Origin: Camelus dromedarius
Lineage: Eukaryota
Direction of reading: 5' to 3'
Length of the DNA stretch: 64,000 nucleotides
Assembly: GCF_036321535.1 (NCBI RefSeq)
Contig: NC_087447.1
Coordinates: 44,950,001-45,014,000, forward strand
Position 1 is the first letter of the stretch; every line of letters begins with the position of its first letter. A program made the position numbers and the translations under genes. Below are positions 13,021-23,822 of this stretch, in pieces. The notes below the pieces were generated by a model that worked only from the letters and a program-made list of their open reading frames with translations, did no database searches and was not told where the DNA came from.

Positions 13021-14801
13021 GATGGCTGACAAGAAGAGGGCATTTTACATTCTTTGTCAGCAATTGCTTTCTGCAGAGGAGAGAAAGAGGTGGGGTTAGA
13101 GACCAAATAAAAGAGACTGGTTTGGACAATGATACCCACAAAAGTTACAACCATTCATCTTTTTAGGATAATGAGGATAGTTTTTTGTTCTTTTGTTTTT
13201 TCCCCTCAGCTTTAGCAAAAGAATCTTTGATCTACATTATCTAAAAAGAATTAAACAGGGCAGTTTTACTTTACTCCATGTCCCATGGCATACTTTCTAA
13301 GTAACTATCCTTACTTTCTACACCTTTTCCAGCACACCTTTTGCACTCTACCACATTTGGATAAAAAGCTGTAAACTGGGCTATAATGGTTTTCTTCCTT
13401 CAATAAGCCGTGTCTTCTCTCTTTACTCAGATTCTTCACATGCTAGTTGTACCTGAGTCTTGCCATTAAAATCACGTTGATATATTTAGAGGATTGCTGT
13501 AATTTGATGAGTTCTTTTCAGCAGGACTTTTGTCCTGCCTTGAAGATTATGAAGAAAGGTAGTAATCCATGTAAAATTTTCCAATAATGTTCCATATATA
13601 TTGCTTAAGATTATACATTGTAGTTACTTAATAAAAGATATGTAAATAAGTAAGTGTTTGAATTAGAAAGGATTCAATATGGCTGGCATTCAAACTGTTT
13701 GATGTCAATATCACACTTTTCCACACTTTGAAATTTCAAAGGGAGTTCTTGAGAAGAAAAAAAAAAGTACTTACATTTCTAAATCTTTAGCAAGTTTTAT
13801 AGAATTTTAGTAAAAATTTTAATTCATTCTGATACAAGCATCTTTTCTTTCTTAACTTCTCTACTTTCTACTTAAAAAAATAGTTCCCTATTTATTTCAA
13901 TAGAAATGTACACTCCGGACGCCCTTGCAGTTCTAAGGATTACTGATTGTCCACTGCATCAATTTAAACAATATTTCTTTTTGTTTTAACTAGACAAGTA
14001 TAATCAGTACAAAAGAAAACCATATCTTTGGATTGCTATTTCTTGTAGGGCAGTAGAAAGGATTCAATAATATTTGAAGAAATTTATAGGCTCAGAGATA
14101 TTTGAGTCAAGTTGAAGTTTCCAAATGGTTAAATTTGAAAAAACTAAAATGGTGCTTAAGCTCTGGCATAAACCTGAGCCTTCAGGCAGCAAAGTCAGTG
14201 TTAAACACCCCCACCATTTAGCAGAACAATAGATATGAGCAGTGTGAGGGCATGAATTACATGGCTGCAAAGCCACAAGATGTAGATTCCTGTCACCTAA
14301 ATATCCTAGAAATCACTGTTGTGTCTACTCTTACTGGTCAGAGTACGTAGAAGCCACCATGGACAAAAGAAATACAAATGAATACAAGTTTCAGAGACAC
14401 ATGGTCTCTGATCCCAAAGCTGACTGCATCTCACGTAAACAATCTCTTCCTATGAAAGAGTTCTCCCAAATCTCCCCAGAAATGTCATCACGTGGAGAAA
14501 CTATCATCTCACAGTCCTAGACCATGGAAGTTTAAAATAAAAATCCCCAGTGTCCACCATCTTTTATATGTACACTGTGATGAAATGAATGAAGTAGAAA
14601 ATGAGACTAAGTCTAGAGGAAGCCACCCAGAAAGAAAAAGAGCCATTAACTTTTAAGACGTGAAAGGGAAAGAGAAATCCATTGCCTCTTGCTAATTCAA
14701 TCTTTTATTATTTGTGCCCATATTCTAGGCCATCGTTTCCTCAGCTAGCAATGTCCCTGCTTTTTTCAAAATGGCTATTTTTGAAAATTGTCTGAACTCA
14801 C

Positions 14802-14960
14802 CTCAGCGTTAGGCACAAGCAAATCCCTGTTCATGGCTGAGAATCTTCAGGAGTTCTTCAACATCTGGGCTGGCATCTTCTTACATAGGTTTTGTGGTTT
14901 CCCTGGAGAATCTTCAGCAAGATGCCCCAGGCTGATTGACTCTCCACAATTAGATCTCTC
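14802..14960 (-). other. Candidate non-coding 5' exon of OR52N2
   Basis: Consensus donor GAG|GTGAGT (intron starts at 14801) in unique sequence, with an O/E-like TTCCCTGGAGA near 14900. The upstream boundary is a guess. Confidence 0.4.
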
Positions 14961-15981
14961 AGAGAAATCTGTTTAAAAGGGAATAAACTTTGGGTCTGGT
15001 GGTAATAGATCGGCATTTAGAAGCTTTTAAGTAGAAAAAGAAACAACAAAGACAAAAACACATTAAGTTTAATGCTTTTCCCAAGTGAGAAATATGACCA
15101 CCAAGCTTGGTGGAGATGAACATCATTTAAAATTTATTACAAAATAAATACATTTTTAATATAGAAAATCTAAAACTATAGTATAATAAAAACTTGGAAA
15201 AATCACCAGTAATTGCAATGAAGCTCTCTAAAAAGTTTTCTCTATTGGTCCTATCATTTTATAATTATTATGTATAATATTCTGTTTTTATATAAACTTC
15301 AGACTATATTAAGTTTTGCACACTGTTTTCCCTACTTAACACTATTTTATGTACATTTTCTCGTGTTCTATATGCCCTGAAATTGAAATTTTCAAGAGTT
15401 AAACTTTCTTTCCACCCAATAGCTGCAACAAAATTAATCAAGCATTTCGTTGTCCTTGAATATTTAAATTGTTTCTAATTTTTACTATCAAAGACAATTC
15501 TGCTATGGATATCCTAATCAACTCTACTCGTACTACGAATTTTTCCTCTCTTAAGATAATTAGAAATAGAATTGAAGTTTGTGGGATCAAAAGGCATGAA
15601 CAACTCAATTATGTTGATAAATGTTGGAAAAAATCATCTCCATAAAACTTGTACTGACTTTCCCTGCCACACACATTTAGTGGACTGTCCCCCTATGAGT
15701 ACTAGTTAGTGTATGTTTACTCTCTTTTCCCCAGCTGAACTGGTGAGAATACTATCTCTTTGGTATGTTAGCCTGACTTAAAACTAACTTCACTGTAGTG
15801 ATTTTGAACATTTTAAAAGTGCTTTTAGTTAGTTGTTTTTCTCATACTGTGATTATTCATTCACCTTTTAATCCATCTCTGTGGAAGTGTTAGCTTTAGC
15901 TTGACTGTTTGTAGGCATTTTCAGTACTAAAATACAAACACATTTTCTGTCAAAGTGTGCAGTCTTTTTCAAAGGTAGTCT

Positions 15982-16140
15982 TGTCACTGAACTGAACTGG
16001 GATCTTCTTGCCGATGTGCAGCAAAGCCAATCTACTGACACTTCACCACAAGGTGAAGAAGAGTACAGCATTTACTGCAGGTCCAAGGAATGTGGGGAGC
16101 TCATGCTCAAAGACCTGAACTTCCCAGTGACCCATCGACC
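15982..16140 (-). mobile_element. Possible ERV LTR R/U5 fragment
   Basis: The minus strand reads ...gcagtaaatgctgtactc...tgtcagtagattggctttgctgcac...cagttcagtgaCA, like an LTR 3' end. No TSD found. Confidence 0.35.
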
Positions 16141-16269
16141 ACTTTCCAAATGATGGACTGTATTTTAACAATACTGATTCTCCTACCTCCTCATATAATT
16201 TCCCTTCTTCCAAGAAGCCCTACCAGATGTGTCCACTGGATTATAGTCGATTAAATTAAATTATGTGAG

Positions 16270-16560
16270 ATAATAAATGCTGTTGAGGCTGTGGAGAAAA
16301 GTGAACCCTGGTGCACCGGTATTGGTAGGAATGTAAATTGATACAGCCAGTATGGAAGATGATATAGATGTTTCTCAAAAAATTAAAAATATAATATCGT
16401 ATGATCTAGCAATCTTAAGTTTGGGTACATATCAAAAGACGATGAAATCACCTCTTGAAGAGATGTATTTGCTACCATGTTCATTGCAGCATTTTTCACA
16501 ATAGGCCATGACATGGAAACAACTAAAGATGTCCATAGATGGATTAATAGATAAAGAAAA

Positions 16561-16602
<42 letters not shown>

Positions 16603-17110
16603 AAATATTATTCATCTTTATAAAAGAAGGAAATCTTACAATTTGTGACAACACTGATGGCCCTTGAGGTCATTAGGCTAATGAAATAAGTCAAAGAGAA
16701 AAAAACAAATACTGTGTGATTTCACTTATATGTGGCATCAAAAACATCAAACTCATAGAAATGGGGAGTAGAGTGGTGTTTTCCAGGGTCAGAATGGTGG
16801 GGAAAATTGCGAGATGTTGGTTAAATGGTACAAACTTATAATTATAAGATGAATAAATTCTTGGGCCTCTAATGTACAGCATGGTGACTATAGTTAATGC
16901 TGCATTGTGTACTCAAAGGTTGCTATGAGAGTAGAGCTATAAAGTCCTCACTGTAGAAACAACAAAATGGTAATTATGTGGAGTGAAAGATGCATTAACT
17001 AACTTATTGTGATACCCATTTTGCAGTATATACATCAAACCATCCCACTGAACACATTAAACTTACATAGTGTTATATGTCAATTAGATCTTAAGAGAGC
17101 TGGAAAAAAG
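16270..17110 (+). mobile_element. L1MA9-like 3' end containing an A/(TA)n microsatellite at about 16556-16597
   Basis: ORF2 C-terminus (atgttcattgcagcatt...) through the 3' UTR (tacagcatggtgactatagttaat..., ttatatgtcaattagatct). Confidence 0.85.
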
Positions 17111-19871
17111 CATCTGTAAAAATCTAGAGCCAATATCTTACACAGTAGTGAGTTATTTGATGCTAACCCAGGATTATTTTCTCAGCAGTGAATTACACTT
17201 TCCTGAACATCTCAAACCATCATTTCAGGGTGTACCTCCTGTTAAACATTGGGCAGGAGGGATATTCTAGCCAAGACAATGAGAATAAAAAAAAAAGGCA
17301 AAGGAAGAAGCAAAAAATTCTTCATTTACAATGAGATGGCATATATTTAGATAATCCAAAACAATCTATACAAAAATTACTTAATAAGTAAATTTATTAT
17401 GAACACTAAATACAAGGTCACATATAAAAGTTAATTGTTTGCATACCAACATTATTTAATTTTTCTTCAAAAAATTTTTTTCAGTTTCAATTTTGTGCAT
17501 GACATTGCACTAAGTTTTGAAAAAGGTAGAAGACAGGTCTGTCTCCCCAAGGGATTTAATTCTGAAAGTTCAAAAGTTTTGAGAGCTACGTAGTCTTTAT
17601 TTTATCTATAAAAAATCACACTGTCAGGAGTCCTAGACTGTGATTTGGGATAAAATAATTCCTAGAGCAATTCCCAATTGCTGAGCCAGGTTCCTTAGGA
17701 CCCAGATATACCAGATGCCCAAGTCTTCTTTTTTTCACAATATAAATGCACGTACATGGAAAATCACTTTTCCTCTGAGACTATGGTAGGAAGAGATAGT
17801 TAACAACTGAGTATTCCCAGCTCTCCAGTTTTAGAAAATATCATACACACACGCACCACACACAGAATAGAAATGTTCCCCCCTCCATCTGCCTCCTTGT
17901 GGTCTCAATATTGGACTTACATTTCTCCTGCTGGGCCGAGGCCATCGCATAGATGTGAATATGACTTAATACGTGGGTACGCCTTTAGTTTCTTGAAGAA
18001 CTCCGGTAACTTTCAGATTAAGCAGATTTCTAAATTAGGGGTGCATTTTTTTTTATTATAAAAGGAGTCGGTTCTGATTATGATAGCTGAGAGGGGAAGA
18101 GAAAGGAGACTTGTCAAATAGGGTTATTCTCTTAACTTTTGAAAAGGCACAATGTACCCTATTATAAGGCTGCTTTTACGTACTGGCTTGTATACCCCAT
18201 TTTCACTTTGGAGAAAACATCCATGTTTCAACTCTTGAAACCTGATCCTCGTGGGGAGTATTCTGAAGAGAGATAATACATCCCCCTGGCTGTGAAAGCT
18301 AGAAATAGCATTTCTGAGAGAGAACAGTTTACACCATGGTGGGAGAAGAGAAAAGAGCAATGAAAGCCTTATTCTGTATTTTTCCTGTTCCTCATCAACT
18401 TTTCCTTTCAGGAAATTACCTCTATTTCATATCATAGTTATGATATTTGAATTGTTTCTCAACTCAAAGGGGCCCTAGATTTCATCTACGCAGACTTCAT
18501 GTTTTAAAAACTAAGGATGCAAAATTTAAAAAAAAGACACATATAAAGAAAGGAGAACCGGTTTTTCACAGCCTTAAATTTTCAGTGGAAACACCTTTGA
18601 GGTGACAGATGGGTTACCTCTCATGTGTTCAGGAAGTGCTATAAATTTCATTATTGATATTTTTATATTCAGAGAGATTATTTTTTTAATCCAACAACTC
18701 CCTCTACTGGATTGTCCCCCACATCACACTACATATACATTTTCCCCCCTAAATCAGCACATTCCAGCCCAGTGTAGCCTACTTCCTCAGACCTGTGCAT
18801 CCAATTTGCGTACATCCTATGGTCAAAACTTTTTTCTTATTTCCTCACAATATACTATCACACTAAATATTCTCCTCCTTACTACTTGTAAGTATTTTGT
18901 CAGTCCTTGTTCTCCCACAGCTTCTTTCTCTATGGACTTTAAAAATGTATTGAGCATCTCCTTTATGCTACAAGAACTTAGCTTTGGAGATAACATAGCT
19001 TGAGAGATATTTGATTCTATGCTTCTCTGAAGTTGTGATCTGGATAGAAAATAAAGTACTGTGTCCTAAAGGAAATATCAATCATTTTCGTTTGAAATGA
19101 TGAGTATCCTCTTCTCATTGGATTAAACTCTAGAGTCCATTATAAGAAACTTTAATCTTAGAAAAATATCAATTTCTGATAAGTTGTTCTATTTCCGGTG
19201 ATTCTTCACCATCTGTTTACTTTGGTAGTGATTGAGGGAACCAAAGGTGGCCTTCTGATGAGATTAGGAAGGGGATTTTTATTATTTTTTACCTTTAGGA
19301 TCATCCTGTGATTTTGCTTAAAGAAAGCTTTTGGCATAAGTGGCTGATTTATAGTTTTCTATATTTAAGTTTCTTGCAAAAAAAAAATGGAGGATTTGGG
19401 CTAAAACCAGGTTGAAATCATTGTCAGTATGTCCACTAGATAAAGCATAGAACCATTGAGGATTGCTAACATTTCAGAATGGAATAGGCATCTCTGATTA
19501 TGATGGTGACCACCTAGAATACAGCAAATATTTAATCAATCCTTGATCATCCAATTGGTCAGTTGCTGATCAACTTCAGTCTTAAGAATGGACTATATGA
19601 TTTTAAAGAAGACATCCAGATCCAGCAAGTCTACTAGACTCAGTCAGTTCATCTTGTCAATGTCTAATGCTCACAGCATGGACCCAGATAGAGGGTAACG
19701 TCACATATTCCACATAAAAGACCACATACGGTGATTGATCTAAAAGAAAGACAAATGATCAGTTATGGGAAAGAAAAGCCTACTTGTCAGTTACTCTCTG
19801 AACTTACTTTTTTTCTGCCTGTAGAAACCTTTTTTCTATAACTGCTGGATCATGAACTTCCAACAGTTGCT

Positions 19872-20822
19872 ATGTCATTTCTGAATGGCACTAGCCTAAC
19901 TCCGGCCACGTTCATCCTCAATGGCATCCCTGGGCTGGAAGAAGTGCATATGTGGATCTCCTTCCCTCTGTGCACTATGTACAGCATTGCCATCACAGGG
20001 AACTTTGGCCTTATGTACCTCATCTACTCTGAAGAGGCCTTGCACAGACCAATGTACATCTTCCTAGCCCTTCTTTCCTTCACAGACGTGCTCATGTGCA
20101 CCAGCACTCTCCCCAGCACCCTCTGCATTTTGTGGTTCAACCTCAAGGAGATTGATTTTAAGGCCTGCCTGGCCCAGATGTTCTTTGTGCACGCTTTCAC
20201 AGGGATGGAGTCTGGGGTGCTCATGCTCATGGCCATCTGCTGCCCTCTGCGCTATGCTGCTCTCCTCACCAATTCAGTCATTGCCAAGGCCGGGCTCCTC
20301 ACGTTTCTTAGAGGTGTAGTGCTTGTTATCCCTTTCACTTTCCTTACCAGGCGCCTGCCATACTGCAGGGGCAATGTCATACAGCACACCTACTGTGACC
20401 ACATGTCTGTCGCCAAGATACCTTGTGGCAATGTTAAGGTCAACGCTGTTTATGGTCTAATGGTTGCCCTCCTGATTGGGGGTTTTGACATCTTGTGCAT
20501 CACAGTCTCTTACACCATGATTCTTCGAGCGGTTGTGAGTCTGTCATCAGTGGATGCTCGGCAGAAGGCCTTCAGCACCTGCACTGCCCACATCTGTGCC
20601 ATTGTCATCACCTATGTTCCAGCCTTCTTCACCTTCTTTACACACCGTTTTGGGGGACACTCCATTCCTCCACACATACACATTATTATGGCTAATCTCT
20701 ATCTACTTATGCCTCCCACCATGAATCCTATTGTGTATGGGGTAAAAACCAAGCAGATACAAGAAAGTGTCACTAGGTTCTTGCTTAAGGGAAAGGACAG
20801 TTCTTCTCAAACATTTACATAG
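19872..20822 (+). CDS. OR52N1: Olfactory receptor 52N1 (316 aa). ORF is open but lacks LDRYVA in TM3; probably non-functional
   Basis: MSFLNGTSLTPA.FILNGIPGLE matches remembered OR52N1. PMY, KAFSTCTAH and NPIVYGVKT are present. MLMA-ICCPLRY shows a 6-aa deletion relative to paralogs. Acceptor ...ttttctgcctgtAG at 19824. Confidence 0.9.
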   Translation: MSFLNGTSLTPATFILNGIPGLEEVHMWISFPLCTMYSIAITGNFGLMYLIYSEEALHRPMYIFLALLSFTDVLMCTSTLPSTLCILWFNLKEIDFKACLAQMFFVHAFTGMESGVLMLMAICCPLRYAALLTNSVIAKAGLLTFLRGVVLVIPFTFLTRRLPYCRGNVIQHTYCDHMSVAKIPCGNVKVNAVYGLMVALLIGGFDILCITVSYTMILRAVVSLSSVDARQKAFSTCTAHICAIVITYVPAFFTFFTHRFGGHSIPPHIHIIMANLYLLMPPTMNPIVYGVKTKQIQESVTRFLLKGKDSSSQTFT

Positions 20823-21454
20823 AGTCTTCTGAGAAGTTATTCTCTTAGCCAGCCTGAGATCATCAAATCAACAGGGGTCCCTCCAAATGAAAGTAGATAT
20901 CTGGCCATAGGAAACATTTGCTTGTGGCCTTAATTTTTCTACCTCTTTTGAAAGGATATCACTATATGCATGTAGGTAGAGACCCTGTCTTCTGAAATTC
21001 CAAAGAGATTCTCTAAAGCCTCTTTACTCGTAGGGGACTGCAAAGTTCAATGCATTTAATCTTTATAGACAGATCTCTCTCAAAGAAGAAGAAGAACAAT
21101 CCACAAAATTTTGAGGCACAGTGGTCAGAACTCTAGGACCGGAATTGAACTTTGAAGATTTTTAAATCTTTCACAAAATGATGAGCTGTGTTCATCATTG
21201 TCTGTGCTAATTATTTATCTCAGCATTCTCCTGCCAAAACTATTTGGCATTCATTCTTATTTCACAAGTTCTTGACTGCTGTTTTCTTTCCCAAGTTTGC
21301 CAACTGTGTATCCAGCAATGTACATATGTGCTCACCAGAAAACTTGTCAAGGTGTAAGGTGCAGCATACTCATAAGACCCAGAAGCTATGTCCATCAACA
21401 TGAAGCCGAATAAACAAATACCTGTGGTCAATTCAAATATGTCAGATGAAAGAT

Positions 21455-21726
21455 ACCAAGTAATACATATTGTATGATTTTATTTTTATGAAGCTCACAA
21501 GCAGACATAATTAATTCATGGTGTTAGAAATCTTTAAGAATGAGAGTTCAGTTAATGATTAGACAGGATATGAGGGATGCTTCTGAGGTGCTGCCAATGA
21601 TTTAGTTCTTGACCCGAATGACAATTACGAGGTATATCTACTTGGTGACGTTTCATGAACCTGTAAATTTATGATGTATGCTCTTTTTTTGCGTGCATAT
21701 TATAATTCAATAAAATATTTATTTAA
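21455..21726 (+). mobile_element. L1ME/MC 3' UTR fragment
   Basis: aatacatattgtatgatt..., atgagggatgcttctgaggtgctg..., tattataattcaataaaa. Confidence 0.65.
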
Positions 21727-21741
21727 AATAACATGTCTTGG

Positions 21742-22025
21742 CTTAGTAAACAATCTTATGGTTACGGGGGAAAGGGGATGGGAGGGGATAAACTTGGGAG
21801 TTTGAGATTTACAAATATTAGCTACTATATATAAAAATAGGTTAAAAAAGTTTCTTTTGTATAGCATGGGTAACTGTGATCAATATCTTGTAATAGCCTT
21901 TAATGGAAAAAACTTGGAAATGAATATATATATATAGTGTATATGCAAGACTGGGATGTTGTGCTGTACTCCAGAGATTGACACATTGTAATTGACTGTA
22001 ATTCAATTAAAAAAAAATAGTGTAT
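21742..22025 (+). mobile_element. Young 5'-truncated L1 (camelid-type 3' UTR) with poly(A) and a 15-bp TSD
   Basis: TSD aataacatgtcttgg (21727-21741) / aataatatgtcttgg (22026-22040), TTT/AAAA endonuclease site, and gactgggatgttgtgctgtactccagagattgacacattgtaattgactgta. Confidence 0.85.
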
Positions 22026-22429
22026 AATAATATGTCTTGGGCACACTCTCTGACCTCCCTAAACTGTGAAACATTTTCTTCCTTGCCTCCTATGCAATCT
22101 GTCTTTGGCTTACAAAATACGTATGCTTTCTTTTCTTTCAGAAGTATGCTGAGTTTAGTGCAAATAATATGTGCTTTTATAAAAATTATAATCAAACAAC
22201 ATAGACAAGATAATCATAAGAGAAAATTCAAAACCTTCGTCTTGAAAATCTCTTCCATCTCATTCTTTTGCAGAGGTAGATTTTAAAATATTGTATGTGT
22301 GCATGGATGCTACTGTTGTTCTTTGTTTGGTGGTCACTTCTTTTATTCCAAACTATGTATGAACTTTAGTTTGATTACCAGCTACTCTGTTATAGACAAT
22401 GAAAATTTTAACTCAATTCCAATATGTCA

Positions 22430-22570
22430 TCTGTGTGTGACTTATATGTGTGTGTCTGTGTGTATGTGTATACATTTATGCATATATACACAAGTGTTAT
22501 ACATGTATACACATGTGTACACACATATATGTAAATCACACACAAATATACATATATATATGTATGTGTA
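22430..22570. repeat. Degenerate (TG/CA/TA)n microsatellite
   Basis: Alternating purine-pyrimidine tract. Confidence 0.8.
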
Positions 22571-22784
22571 TTCTTCTTTCCAGTCTACTTCCAACCTCAA
22601 TGTTAGTTATGTCTTTAGTTATCTGTTCTTAAGATCATTACCATTTGCTATGATTCTGACAGTCTTCCCAGATGTGTGTATTATTTGATTATAATAGTTG
22701 AAAACTAATAAGCAGTATTTGAATTACTGTAATTATATGAATATTCACATGAATATTGGGTATAAATGTATATAATAAAATCAT

Positions 22785-22985
22785 ATACCTGTTGGCCATT
22801 TGTATATCTTCTCTAGGGAACTATATATTCATAGCTCTTTTTTAAAAACTGGGTTATTAACGTTTTTTGTAATTGAGTTGTTGTAAGAGTTCCTTGTATA
22901 TTTTGGATATTAATCTTTTATTAGACGTATAATTTCAAAACATTTTCCCCCATTCCATAGATCGCCTTTCACTCTGTTGATTGCA
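22785..22985 (-). mobile_element. L1 ORF2 fragment
   Basis: ctgttggccatttgtatatcttctctaggg..., tatattttggatattaatc. Confidence 0.75.
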
Positions 22986-23289
22986 TTCTCATAAAAGAAA
23001 CGCCATCTCATATTATTTCTTCCAAGAATTTGTTGAAGTCTTTTTCATTCATTGCTAATCACTTCCCTTACTACTTTTATTAACTATATTTTGCTATCTG
23101 TCTCCATGCAGTTTGGTACTTTTTAATGCTAGGAGAAACACAGCACTCTCCTCTATTTTAACTCGTAACTGCGTATTTATTTTCATTTTCTTGACAAGGA
23201 TAACCTTTTATAAATAATTTTAAAAAGTGATTTGAATAAGGAACTTATTTGAATTAGTGTATAGTGTATAGTATAATAATAAACTGATA

Positions 23290-23822
23290 ATTTATTCATC
23301 CTTTTTAAAAATTTTATTTTTATGCGATATAATTGACATATAACATGGTATGAGTTTAAGGTGTACAACATGTGTTATTTGATACATTTGCATATTGCTG
23401 TATGATTACCACCATAGCTAATGCCCCTATTATGCCATGCAGTTATCATTTCCTTTTTGTGGTGAGAACAATTAAGATCTAATCTCTTAGCAACTTTGAA
23501 GTTTATCGTATAATGTTGTCGTCTTTAGTCACTATGCTGCTTATTATAACCTCCAGGATTTATTTATCGAATGATTCCAAATTTGTACCCTTAAACAACA
23601 TTTACCCAATTTCCCACCCCCAGCCTCTTTGTAACCACCATTCTACTCTCTGTTTTTATGAATTGGCTTTTTCAGATGCTACATATAAATGATATCATAC
23701 AGTATTTGTCTTTCTTTATCTGACTTATCTCACATATCATGAATTGTTCAAGATTCATCCATGTTATCACAAATGGTGGGATTTTTTCTTTCTTATGGCT
23801 GAATAATATTTCATTGCATATA
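23290..23822 (-). mobile_element. L1MA9-like 3' UTR
   Basis: aattgacatataacatggtatgagtttaaggtgtacaacatg..., cccagcctctttgtaaccaccattctactctctg. Confidence 0.85.

Noticed and set aside
12693-13141. Alternative-frame and antisense ORFs overlapping OR genes (also 20024, 20495, 28575-29216, 37555, 37779, 45855, 46267-46727, 55095-55999)
   Set aside because: Shadow ORFs of GC-richer OR coding DNA. The near-identical antisense peptides over the two OR52N4 copies simply reflect the shared 202-bp tract.
19400-19760. Unique-looking segment upstream of OR52N1 as a possible OR52N3 or processed-pseudogene remnant
   Set aside because: I found no OR or other recognisable protein motif on either strand by inspection.
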